Below are positions 13,018-24,941 of a stretch of 64,000 nucleotides of DNA, piece by piece. The notes under the pieces were generated by a model. It saw nothing but the letters and a program-made list of their open reading frames with translations. It did not search any database and was not told where the DNA came from. Positions within the stretch are counted from its first letter, which is position 1, and each line of letters begins with the position of its first letter. The stretch is from Azolla caroliniana (taxonomy: Eukaryota; Plantae; Polypodiophyta), in NCBI GenBank assembly GCA_043228905.1, contig JBHGNT010000006.1:21328001-21392000 (forward strand). The letters are read 5' to 3'. A program made the translations under genes and the position numbers.

Positions 13018-13395
13018 TGTTAGGATTTTGGTCCCTCTGGATGGGATATGAGTACCCGGCAATGGAAGACCCGGTGAGAACCGGATGATGAGTACCCGGC
13101 AACAGAAGACCCGGTGAGAACCAGATGATGAGTACCCGACAAGGAAGACCCAGTGAGAACCGGATGATGAGTACCCAGCAAGGAAGACCTGGTGAGAACC
13201 GGATGATGCAGGCCCGGTGAGAACCTCTCACCGGATGAAGGGACATATATGTAAATATGTTCCAGAGAGCCCAGTAGAGCTATATTTGTAAATAGCCTGT
13301 AAATATGACCTAGGGCAAACTCTTCAGTGTGTGTATCATTGTGTTGTCATTTTCTGTTGTATAGAGTTATTGGTGTAACTGTTGTACAAAGCATA

Positions 13396-13451
<56 letters not shown>

Positions 13452-13743
13452 AGAGATAGAGTGATTCTTTGTTGTAACCGCCGCCAGGCGAAGAGTGTGA
13501 GCACAAGGTCATTGCCTTTGTGCCTCCTGTTGTATTCTTTGACATAGTGATAGTTTGGAGTCTGTGGGTTCCCGTGGTTTTTCCCATTTAGGGTTTTCCA
13601 TGTTAACATACTGTGTACACTCTCTTTCAGTGTTTTGTGTATACGTTCATCTATCTCCACATTCCCATTGCTATGTTTGTAATTCTCAACGAAGTGATTG
13701 AAGACTCGATTGTGGCCGAGCATTATTCTGTATATTCTCGTCA
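13018..13743 (+). repeat. 5' LTR containing ~39-bp tandem repeats and an (AG)n tract
   Basis: About 4-5 copies of GATGAGTACCCGGCAA...GAAGACCCGGTGAGAACCGGAT; (AG)~26 at 13398-13449. Confidence 0.92.
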
Positions 13744-16700
13744 ATTTGGTATCATAGTGAAACGACACAGAAAATGGAAGATTCGTTGCGACGCATGTTC
13801 AAGCTCACCGTCTCCAACTACTAAGTGTGGAAGTTGAGGATGACGGACATGCTCGTGGTTAAAGATCTTTGCTTGCAGGTTTTGTTCGGGGACAAGAGAC
13901 CGGATAAGATCGACACCACGGTGTGGGAGGTGATGCACATGAAGACAACGGCATACATACGGTGTTTCATCCACATGAGCTTGTACAACAACTTTAATGA
14001 GGAGAGCAGGCTCATGAGCTTTGGGAGAAGATCGGCATTATGTTTCAGAACAAAAATGTTGTTAATCGGGTTTCAGTATTCTGGAAGCTAGTAAGACTCC
14101 AGTACCAAGATGGCTCCAGCATCGCAGAGCACATGAATGCCTTCTAGGGGCTGATTCACTACGCAACATCGTTGGAAGTACCTCTCGCCGATGAGGTACT
14201 AGCACTGCTCCTGCTCGGTTCCCTCCCGGATAGCTGGGAGATGTTGGTTGTCACTTTGGGCAACGCCGGGCCGGAAGGAAAACAGTCATCCCTAGGAAGA
14301 GTCGAGTAGAGCTTGCTAGATGAGGAGGCGCGTCGGAAAGACAAGGATACGATCTCCGACTCCAAAGCGCTGCTTTCCGAATCGGAACGTGGAAGACAAA
14401 GGAACCGTAGTCCCCAAAACCGGGAAAAGTCGGGGACACAGTCAAAGTCAAGGGGGAGGCCTACTTGCTTCTATTGCGGCAAGCCGAGACATTTCTAGAA
14501 GAACTGTCAGCATTTCCGGAAACACAAGGAAATCGATAGTACCGATTCGAAGCGGTCACCGAAACAAAACGGTAATGACCGGAGGGGACTAGACTGGAAG
14601 GGAATGACGGCAATCGCAACAAGTGAAGAGGAGTTGATGCTCATCACCGAGGAGAGTGAGTTGAACCTTGTTGGCGACGAGACAACGTGGGTTGTTGATT
14701 CCGAAGCGTCGTTTCACCTAACCCCAGACCAGAAATGCTTCCCATCCTACACAGCCGGTGAGCATAGGATGGGGAATGAAGGTACATGCCGAATTGTCAG
14801 CATAGGAGACATGTGGTTGACAAAACCAACCGGATGCAAGTTGTTGCTGAAGGATGTTCGACACGTTCCGGAGGTTCGACTGAACCTAATATCAGTCGGT
14901 CGGCTAGACGATGAAGGCTACACAGGTAGCATCTGGAACGGAGTCATGAAGTTTAGCAAAGGGAGCCTAATAGTGGCTCGGGCCCGGAAAGTCAACACTC
15001 TGTACCTAATGAATGCTCGGTTATGCCGGGAAGATGTGAACATTGCATCTGACACTGCCGGTGAGCTGTGGCACAAGAGATTGTGTCACATGAGCGCGAA
15101 GGGGATGAAGAGGCTTGCCGATGACAACCTCATTCTGGTGAAAGATGTGCATTTTGAGAAGTGCACCGACTGCTTGGTTGGTAAGCAAAACCGGTCCTCT
15201 TTCCGCTCAAGGCCACTGATGAGACGTAATGCACCATTGGAGCTGGTGCATACCGATGTGTGTCATGTGGACATGAAGTCACATGCCGGATCGCAATACT
15301 TCGTGACGCTCATAGATGACCATAGCCAGAAGTTGTGGGTCTCGCTATTAAAGACGAAGGATCAAGTGTTATCCTTCTTCAAGGAGGTCCACGTGAGAGT
15401 GGAAAGAGAAACTGGCCAGAAGTCGAAGGCGGTTCGAGCAGATAACGGAGGAGAATACCGGGGGCAGTTTGAGGAGTATTGCCGCTCGAAGGGAATATGG
15501 CTCGAATGTACCATGCCGAAGATGCCGAAACTAAACGGGCTGGTTGAGAGGATGAACCGGACCATAATGGAGAGGGTTCGGAGTATGCTAGCACATGCTA
15601 AGCTACCCAAGTCGTTTTTGGCTGAGGCGTTGTCGACAACGACGTATGTGATAAACAGATCACCCTCAGTGCCCTTGGACGGAGACACGCCAGAGAGAGT
15701 ATGGACCGGTAAGGAAGTGTCTTATCGGCACCTGAAGGTGTTCGGGTGTCTCGCTTACGTGCATGTTGCTAAGGACCGGAGAGGAAAGTTGGATCCAAAA
15801 AACCCGGCCATGCATATTCCTCGGATACGGCAATGATGAGTTCGGCTACCGAGTGCGGTACCTCGTCGACAAGAAGGTGTTCCGGAGTCGAGATATTATC
15901 TTCATGGAGGACAAGACCCTTGCCGACTAGGAGTCGGAGAAGAAGATAATGAACTCTGAGTCGACTGATAAGAATCAAACCGATGAGATTCAGACCTACC
16001 AGGCTAAGAGCCGGTTGACACTCGAAGAATCGGCTGGTTACGGTGAGGATACCGAACCGGCAGAAGAAGGAGAGGAAGCTGAAACCGGAACCGGACAAGA
16101 CCCCGAATCGGATTCGGATGAAGAACAAACACAGGAGCCGGTTACCGAAAACCGAGGATGGAGATATCCTCTCCGGGAAAGAAGAGCCCCCTGGAGATTT
16201 CCGGATGCAGAGCATGTGTTGTTGACCGATGAGGGGGAGCCGGAAAGCTTCGAAGAAGCAAAGGAGAACACCCACAACCGCAAGTGGTTGAGTGCCATGA
16301 AGGACGAGATGGAATCCCTACATGAGAACCACACGTATGAATTGGTGGAGTTGCCGAAAGGAAAGCGGGCACTCCTCAATCAACGACTTGGGTCCGGCAA
16401 GACAGATACTGGGGATGCATATCATCCGGGACCGGCCAAAGAAGCAACTGTGGTTGTCATAGGAGAAGTACGTGACAAAGGTGCTTCAGCGGTTCAACAT
16501 GTCATATGCGAAACTGATCGGATTGACACTCCCGGCAAACTGCAGGTTATCTGGTAAGCAAAGCCCGAAGACGAAGGCAAATGTGATAAAGATACCATAT
16601 GCCTCTGCCGTCGAGAGCTTAATGTACGCAATGGTGTGTACCTGATCAGATATCGGATACACAGTCGGAGTGGTGAGCCGATTTATGAGCAATCCCGGCA

Positions 16701-17276
16701 AGGAGCACTGGAATGCGGTAAAATGGATACTCCGATACTTGAAAGGCCCCTCAAGTATGTGTCTCCGATTCGGCTCCGGTAAACCCCAACTTGACCGTTT
16801 CACCGACTCGGATATGTCGGCTGATGCGGATATTAGCCAGGCAACATCGGGATATGTTATGACATATGTAGGGGGAGCTGTTTCGTGGCGGTCGAGGCTG
16901 CAGAAGACGGTTGCATTGTCAACCACGAAGGCGGAGTACATGGCAGTTGTGGAAGCCGGCAAGGAAATATTATGGATGAAGGACTTCATCGGAGAGCTAG
17001 GGATCCGGCAAGAGGAATACCAGTTCTACTGCGACAGTCAGAGTACCATCCACCTTGCAAAGAATTAGGCCTACCATTCCCAGACGAACCACATCCAGCG
17101 CAGGTACCACTGGATCCGGGAGCGAGTAGAAGATCGAGAGTTCGTGCTGACGAAGATCCACACGGATGAGAACGGGTCGGACATGATGACCAAGGTGCTA
17201 ACACCCGACAAGTTGGACGCATGCCAGAAGAGGATCAGATTGACGAGGCATCCCATGCCGGAGTGAAGGGGGAGTT

Positions 17277-17983
17277 TGTTAGGATTTCGGTCCCACCGAA
17301 TGGGATATGAGTACTCGGCAACGGAAGACCCGGTGAGAACCGGATGATGAGTACCTGACAACAGAAGACCCTTTGAGAACCAGATGATGAGTACCTAGCA
17401 AGGAAGACCTGTTGAGAACCGGATGATGAGTACCCGGCAAGGACGACCCAGTGAGAACCGAATGATGCAAGCCCGGTGAAAACCTCTCACCAGATGAAGG
17501 GACATATATGTAAATATGTTCTAGAGAGCCCACTAGGGCTATTTTTGTAAATAGCCTGAAACTCATATTACTATAAATATGACCTAGGGCAAACTCTTGA
17601 CTGTGTGTATCATTGTGTTGTCATTTTCTGTTGTATAGACTTATTGGTGTAACTGTTGTACAGAGCGTAGCAGAGAGAGAGAGAGAGAGAGAGATACAAA
17701 GTGATTCTCTGTTGTAACCGCCGCTAGGCGAAGAGTGTGAGCACGAGGTCGTTGCCTCTATGACTCTTGTTGTATTCTTTGATATAGTGATAGTTTGGAG
17801 TCTGTGGGCTCCCGTGGTTTTTCCCATTTAGGGTTTTCCTCATTAACATACTATGTACACTCTCTTTCAGTGTTTTGTGTATACGTTCATCTATCTCCAC
17901 ATTCCCATTGCTATGTTTGTAATTCTCAACGAAGTGATTGAAGACTCGGTTGTGGCCGAGCATTATTCCGCATATTCTCGTCA
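17277..17983 (+). repeat. 3' LTR of the same copia element
   Basis: Colinear with 13018-13743; follows the PPT. Confidence 0.92.
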
Positions 17984-20015
17984 TCTTGCTACTCCACGCG
18001 ATCGTAGCACTCCCAAGGGAGAATGCAAATCCGGATATGGATCGGCGATCACCAGCGTTTCCGGCCCAGTTGGCATTTGTATAACCGACTAGTTGCGTGG
18101 CAGTACCAGTCCGATAAAGTAGCCCCCAGTCCTTAGTGCCACTGACGTACCTGAGTACGTGTTGCGTGCACTGAAGGTGCCCTTCAGTTGGGTCCGCCAT
18201 GAATTGACTAATCAAGCTGAGCGGGTAATTGAGGTCCGGTCGGGTGATAGTCAAGTATATGAGGCTTCCGACAATCTGTCGAAACCTTTTCGGGTCACAG
18301 ACCTTCCCGGAGTCAGGGCGAAGCTTCATGTTTTGGTCGTGAGGAGTTGAGATAGACTTACAGTCGGCCATCCCGAACTTGAAGAGCATACTCAGCACGT
18401 AATGTTGTTGACTGATCAATATGCCTTCGGGGGTTCGGCTCACTTATATCCCGAGAAAGTAATGAAGGTCCCCCAAGTTCCTTCATATCAAATGATGCCG
18501 CAAGCTAGAGCTTTACGCAGTCAATTTCATCTAGGTCAATGCCGGCGATGACCAAATCATCAACATAAAGTAAAATACTAACAAGCCCAAGTCGACCTTG
18601 CCAAACGAACAATATAGAATCCAATTTGGACGTCACAAATCCCATCCGACGCAATCACTGTGTGATCTTCGCGTTCTTGGCATTCGGGGCTTGCTTTAGT
18701 CCGTAAAGGGACTTCTTCAACCGACATACCGCCGAAGTGCTCTTTACAGACTAAAATCCGGGGGATTGTACCATGTACACTTGTTCCTCAAGCTCGCCTT
18801 GGAGGAATGCATTCTTTACATCCATTTGATGTAAGTGCCACCCCTTTGCTGCAACTACCACAAGAAAAACACGGACGGTCGTCATCTTCGCGACCGGCAC
18901 AAACGTCTCATCGTAATCGATGCCATGTTGTTGCGCGTAGCCTTTTGCTACTAACCGGGCCTTGTATTGGTTGACCGAGCCGTCAGTGTTGTACTTGAAC
19001 TTATACACCCACCTACATCCAATCGGCTTTACACCCTTGGGGGCATCAACTAGGTCCCAGGTTTCATTCTCTGCAAGTGCGTTCATCTCTTCCTCTATGG
19101 CGGCACGCCAATTCACATCCTTTGCCACTTCTACGTAGCTCTCCGGCTCACACACTTCCGCTACACATGTCATGTACACATAGTGATGCGCTATGTACTC
19201 GTTGTATTTGAAACGCACAACAGGGTTCTTTTGGCGGGTAGATTGGCGTAAATGCTCATTAGCCGATGTAGATACCGTTCTGGCCGACGTGGGCTTCGCT
19301 CTTGAAGGCCCGTCATCGCTCTTCTCGGAGTCTAATTCACATCAATCCGACTTGTCCCTATCCGTGCCGTACTCCGGCATCTTCTTCTTTCCCTTTCCTT
19401 TGCGCGTAAGCCGTCTCTTCAGCTCCCTGCGCGGGGAATGCACAGCCGAGTCTCCACTATTCGCCAACTCTTCGTCTGACTGGTCAAACCGACTTAGTCG
19501 CTCATTCGGTCTACTTAGCAAAAATGAGATCGGACTCTCTTCAAGAATTCGGACTTCGCGTTCATCAAGAGGCATCTCAGCCTCGTTGACCTCATCTTTA
19601 GAACTCGGATTGGAATTGAGGTCCGGAGTCAGAGGCAAATACCAAGACGCAGACTCATCGAACACAACATCGCGACTTACGCGAGCTTGTTTGGTTTGGG
19701 GGTTATAACACTTATAACCCTTATGTTCATCCAAGTAGCTGACCAAGATACACTTCTCGGCTTTCAATTCTAGCTTCCTACGCTTCTCCTTCGGCACATG
19801 CACATACGCGATGCTATCGAAAACCCTCAAGTGTCATAGATTCGGCTTCCTTACAAACTACAACTCATGTGCCAACACTTTTTCTCCGATGTGATTCTGG
19901 ATGTAGACCGCGGTTCGGACAGCTTCGGCCCAATAGAACTTGGGCATGCTCTTTTCTTCCAACATTGCTCGTGTTGCTTCCACAACCAATTGATTCTTCC
20001 TTTCGGCTATGCCGT

Positions 20016-21598
20016 TGTCGCAGAAATCCGCACGTGCGTGTCGGATAGGATGGGACCACGGGGGTCTTGGACTAGGGAGTATGAGGGAGAGAAGCTTGGG
20101 AGCTCAACCGAGAAGGAAGAGAAAGATTAAGATTCAAGAGATTAAGATTCAAGAGAATAAGATCTAAACAAGACAAGATACATTATGGAAAGCACCACAC
20201 CAATTACAACCGTGGTCGTGTGGGCCGAATGTAAACCCTCTAGATGAAACCCTAACCAGATAGGGGAAAAGAAGAAGAAGAAGAAGAAGAAGAAGAATGA
20301 ATGAATGAATGAATGAAACCCCTAAACGAGATCCTAAAACCCAAAATTCCGAAACCCTAATGACAACCCAAAGAAACCCAAAAAGTGGAGGCCCCCCAAA
20401 GTGACCCCTCACTCCCTTTTATAGTAATAAGGGGTGAGGCACATTACAAAAAGGAGTGGTCAAATCCCCTTTCTTTCAAAGGAGAGTATTTGACCTCGAT
20501 CTTAGGAGGTGAGATTGATGGGTCTTAACTCCCTCTCCTCTCACCGACATACTCAATGCCCACTACTCCCTACACCCATACTTCATGTGCCTCCCTCTAG
20601 TCTACAAAGTGCACATCACCTTTATACCTATACATCTTACTTTTCCTCCTTAAATTTGTCGATTATTCCTATGTTACAATTTTCCTAAGTTCATGTGCAA
20701 TGTTGCACATCTTGTTTTATTCCTCCCGCTCGGGTTTTCTCACCATGGCCGAAAATCCTCACGACATCCGCCCCCACCAAACCACACATCCACCAGTATG
20801 TGCCAAGAAAGAAGAAGAGTTGAGATTCTCGGCAATGGTGATCAACCAGGTTCCGTCGTGTCCTCGTTGTCTTTGCTCGACTTCGTCCTCCATTTCGAGC
20901 ACGCTCGTCCCTTCCACACGAACCACCGTAGCCTCTCGAGCCGCCGTGTCTGCCGCAAGTCCTCGAACCGTCGGCTCCATCCGATCCGCCATATCCGACA
21001 CTTGCACCTTCTTCTCCGATCGGTCCTCCCGAACTACGGTGCCGATCCGGTCACTCTTCCTTTGTCCGCCGCATATTATCCTCCGGATGTGCTCCCGGTT
21101 ACTCCGATCGCAAGGCGGATTCCGCCCCTTGCTTACCGCATGTGTTCCTCACTCAGCTCGAAGGCCTCCTCCTCCCAAGGACCTCGTTGTGCATCCTCTC
21201 TCCGTTCTACACTTGCCTCCTGTAGGCTCTACCCATGTGTCATTGTTGTCCTCCGAATACATGCTCGCTCTTATGTCCTTATGTGACCACATTATGCACC
21301 CCTTGTTTCTCCCTTGCTCGTGGTGCTCTCTTGCGGTAGAGCGTACCTTCATCCCGACATCTGTGTCGATGTCCCCCGCTTCAGCGTCCTTTGCAGCTCT
21401 CGTTACCGCTTTGACTCGACCCGCGCCCGCTTGGCCTTGCACGTCCTCTGGGATGCCACGTTTTCTCTTCCCGGTGTGTAGCCTTTTGTCCTCCACGCAC
21501 ATCCTCCGGTTTCCAAGATATAACCTTCCGCTCACACCGTTCATCCGTCGATCTCGGCAACTCACCGCTTTTTCCTCTGTCTCGTACTTGCCTCTCAA
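20016..21598 (-). mobile_element. Truncated gypsy (TGTC...GACA family): 3' LTR 20016-20766, PPT and degenerate internal sequence
   Basis: LTR ends GCCGAAAATCCTCACGACA (reverse complement of the 672 LTR start), followed by TCCGCCCCCACCAAACC (PPT on -). Confidence 0.82.
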
Positions 21599-22282
21599 AG
21601 GTGTAGTCGTCGATGAAGGAGACGAAATATCGACTCCCGCCAAGACTCACATTCTATGCCGGTCCCCATACATCTGAATGTATCAAGTCAAGCTTATTTC
21701 GGCTCTGATTACATTCGTTTGGGAAAGGAAGTCAGTGTAGCTTCCCTAGCTGGCAAGCTTCACAAATTTAGGCCCTTCGACCACTGAATTTTGGCAATCC
21801 GAACAAACTTGTTTCGATTGCAGGTCCTGAAGCCTTTGGTAGTTGACGTGGCCTATCTGCTTATGCCACAAGTCGATATCCGACTCAACTTTTTGTCTTT
21901 TTGCGAACATGACGGTGTCTACGTCATTGGTGTCGAGGATGAACATCATCCCATCTCTATGCCCTTGCTCAATAACTTGGCCTTCTTCCTCGATGAAGCA
22001 CCTGAGATGCGTGAACCAGACTTGCATCCCCTGATCGACGATCTGTCCGACCGACACTAGATTCTTTGTAATTGTCGGGAGCTTCCCTTTTTGGCCGATG
22101 TGGCTGAGGGGAACTTCACCGACATCTATGATCGGATGCGGAGTGTCGTCTCCTGTTGCGACTACTCCCGATTCTTCCGGTTTTTTTAGATATGAGAACC
22201 ACTCTTTATGGTTCATCATATGGTTTGACGCTCCAGAGTCAACGTACCACACTTCGTCCGATTTCGGGGTGGTCTTCTTCAT

Positions 22283-23083
22283 CGAGTTCGCTTATGCGGT
22301 TAAAGAAGCACTATGGCTTGGTCAACTAGCCTGCACATTTCGACAAGCCGACCCGAATTTGGCTCCGGTTATCTTTAGCGATAGTCAAGGAGCAATAGCT
22401 TTGGTGAAGAATTTGGTACACCACAACGCCTTGAAGAATATCGAAGTTCTATATCATTTCATTCAAGATTGCATGACTAAGGGAAAGCTCGGCTTAGAGA
22501 AGATCTCTATAGTAGACAGGATGAAAAAGAGTCTTTCGGCAGACCGATTTCAATCGATTTGGCAACAAATGGGCGTAGTTATGCTTTTGGCCCAATCGAT
22601 TCAAGCACAATAATCGTATTTGGCCCGACCGATTCAAGCATAGAGATGATTTCCGCTCAATCAATTCGGGAGCAAACGGGAGTGCAAATTTCAGGCAATA
22701 GTAGCATATTATCAGATTCTCTTTGTTGTATCTATATTTTTTCTTTATTCTTTTATAGATTCTTTTGTAATATCCCCATACAGGGGAGTGTTGAATATGG
22801 TGATGTAATGGACATATCCACATTATCCCATTGTACAAATGAGTATAGGCTATTTTGGTGAATAGCAAAAAGGGAAGTTGCCCTAAGATGGTTAGTATAT
22901 AACCAAGTTTGTAACCTCATTTGAACTTGATGTTGCCATTGTTGTTGTAACTGACATTTTGAATAATACGGTGTATTCTTGGGGCCTCTCAGTTTCCCTC
23001 TCTCTTCCTCCTTTATTGCATCCTCTTGTTAGTTGCTTGCAAATTTTCGTTGTTACTTCTGTTCTTTATTCCACATCCATCAA
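22283..23083 (+). mobile_element. Copia 3' fragment: RNaseH, PPT and LTR (about 22789-23083)
   Basis: AVKEALWL...SDSQGAIAL...IEVLYHFIQ; CAGGGGAG followed by TGTTGA. Confidence 0.75.
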
Positions 23084-24014
23084 CTTGTTGTCCTTTAGCA
23101 TAAAATGTTGTATTTCAAACTCTTTCATTAACGACCACATCTCCAACACTTGGCTCTTGGATAACCATTAGACTTCTTTGAACTCACTCACACAAGTTAG
23201 GTGTTCTAGTAGCATCATGGCATCATTACCCAAGTATGAAGATATGCAATGAAAACCTAGTAGAGGATGAATGTAACTTACTTCTTGCATACTCAATGTT
23301 GGACTTGTTGGACTGGAATGATAATTTCGTTGTCATACTCAATTCTCTACCAAGATGGGTGATATATTTATATACATCTATGCTTTCTTTTCACATAAAA
23401 AGTTTTTGCTACAATGTAGTAATCATTCTAAGGAAGGATTCGCATACAAGATGATATGTTTATTCAGTTCCATACTTCAAATTTGACCTCATTGTATGTA
23501 TATATCTCCCCTAGACTTCTTGTGACATTAAAATACAGTTTTACCTTGACATGAAATAGAATTGTTTCTATGTTAGTATGGTTTAGTAATGTAATGAATT
23601 GAATGGCTATTAAATAAGGGACACATTACCAACTCAATACTTTTGCGTTTTAAAATACTATTGCATCAATAAAAATTAAAATTTTGATTTTAAAAATAAG
23701 TAAGACTTCTAAATACTATGTAGTTTATTAGTTAACACTTTTTTAGTGCTAATGGCTTGATCTATTTAAGTATGACTATTATATCGTAAAGATTGTAGGG
23801 GGCTTGTTATTGTTCATAAGTTAGTGTTAATTAAGTATCATTCATCCTCATAACTCAATGGATTTCATGTTCATACGGCATATGCTCTTTATAACTATGC
23901 TTATAGCTAAGCTAAGGAATAATCAATCTCATATTAGACTCTCTTTTTTCTTTTTTCTTTTTTCTTTTTTTCCAAAAAACACTCCTTCCATTAGTTATAA
24001 AATTTTACAAATGA

Positions 24015-24620
24015 GCCAATTATGTACAAATCCCTATAGGGACGGGATAGTTCCATCTTATGTGGATTCCCACTGACTCAAGAAAGGGAGAGGACGACCA
24101 TTGTTGGATGAAGGCTATTCCTTGTCTTTCAACTTCATTGGAACCGCCCTTGAGGCCATCATATCGGCTCTTTAGAGTGGCTATAATTTCACTCCATATC
24201 TCTTGCAGTAGCCTTGTTGGATGCACGGTTTGGTTGGAGAAGACCCGTCTACACCATTGTTTCCATAGAATCCAAAGAGTTATTGGGCTGACCAATTCCA
24301 GCACAGCTTGAGATTTGTCATTAAGAGCAGTTGAGTGAACATTGCCATTGGTGGAGAAAAAAACCTCTTATGCTTTTATCACCAAAGTCATCCCCTCCTC
24401 CTGGTGCTCGTATCTGCCAATTGCGGTCTGCCATGATAGCCAACATATATTTCCCCACTTGATGGAGCCTTGCACTTGGCATAATTGCAACATGCGGCCA
24501 ACCCCCCGCCATATTCGATGGGACGTTGGGCAGTCCCACAGAGTGTGTCGTATTGATTCTACTGCATGTGGGCACTCTACACAATTAGGAGAGTTAAGGT
24601 TCCCACGTTGCCATGCTCAT
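24015..24620 (-). mobile_element. LINE 3' fragment (zf-RVT region)
   Basis: Minus-strand translation CVECPHAVESIRHTLWDCP and TLWILWKQWCRRVF, typical of the plant L1 ORF2 C-terminus. Confidence 0.75.
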
Positions 24621-24816
24621 ATTAGACTATTTATTAATCCTCTAGGGGTTTCATGCAAATAATAAGTTTAACGCTAGCTATTAGTATTTAAATTCAAATA
24701 CTTTTACATTGTGCTTTGCACATAATGCCTTATCATCACATTCCTCATCAATCTATGACCAATGCTAATTAAACAAGTCTTCACCTTTGCCTAATGAATG
24801 TATCATGTGGTTTTAG

Positions 24817-24941
24817 ATTGATTTGGAGGAACCAATGAGGCAAGTGTATTTCCACTATGTTTGATAGATATCTTAATCTATATTGATTTGGATGGGCCAA
24901 TGAGGCAACTGTATTTCCACTATGTTTGTTAGATATCTTAA
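24817..24941. repeat. Two-copy ~65-bp tandem duplication
   Basis: CCAATGAGGCAA.TGTATTTCCACTATGTTTG.TAGATATCTTAA at 24832 and 24897. Confidence 0.85.

Larger units (their letters stand above)
13018..17983 (+). mobile_element. Structurally complete copia (Tnt1/Tork-like) element with the RT core deleted
   Basis: LTRs 13018-13743 and 17277-17983; TSD TCTTG at 13013-13017 and 17984-17988; PBS TGGTATCATAGT at 13747; PPT GAAGGGGGAG at 17265. gag, zinc knuckle CFYCGKPRH, protease/INT 14604-15836, RNaseH 16670-17068. Confidence 0.95.
11748..22282 (-). mobile_element. Ty1/copia element (3' LTR 11748-12117, RNaseH, RT, INT, protease), interrupted by two nested insertions; 5' end missing
   Basis: RNaseH 12645-12992 (KHIEVHYHFVR), RT 17724-19218 ([11 protein letters not shown]), INT 19342-19830 and about 21600-21650 (YFVSFIDDYT), protease WYVDSGASNHM in ORF 21746-22282. 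Confidence 0.88.

Noticed and set aside
13045-13235. Regular repeats resembling a CRISPR array
   Set aside because: Head-to-tail units with no unique spacers, inside eukaryotic LTRs; no cas genes.
20693-21677. Long ORFs (197 and 325 aa) on the + strand
   Set aside because: Antisense to a GC-rich gypsy internal region and spanning LTR and copia junctions; no recognisable domain.
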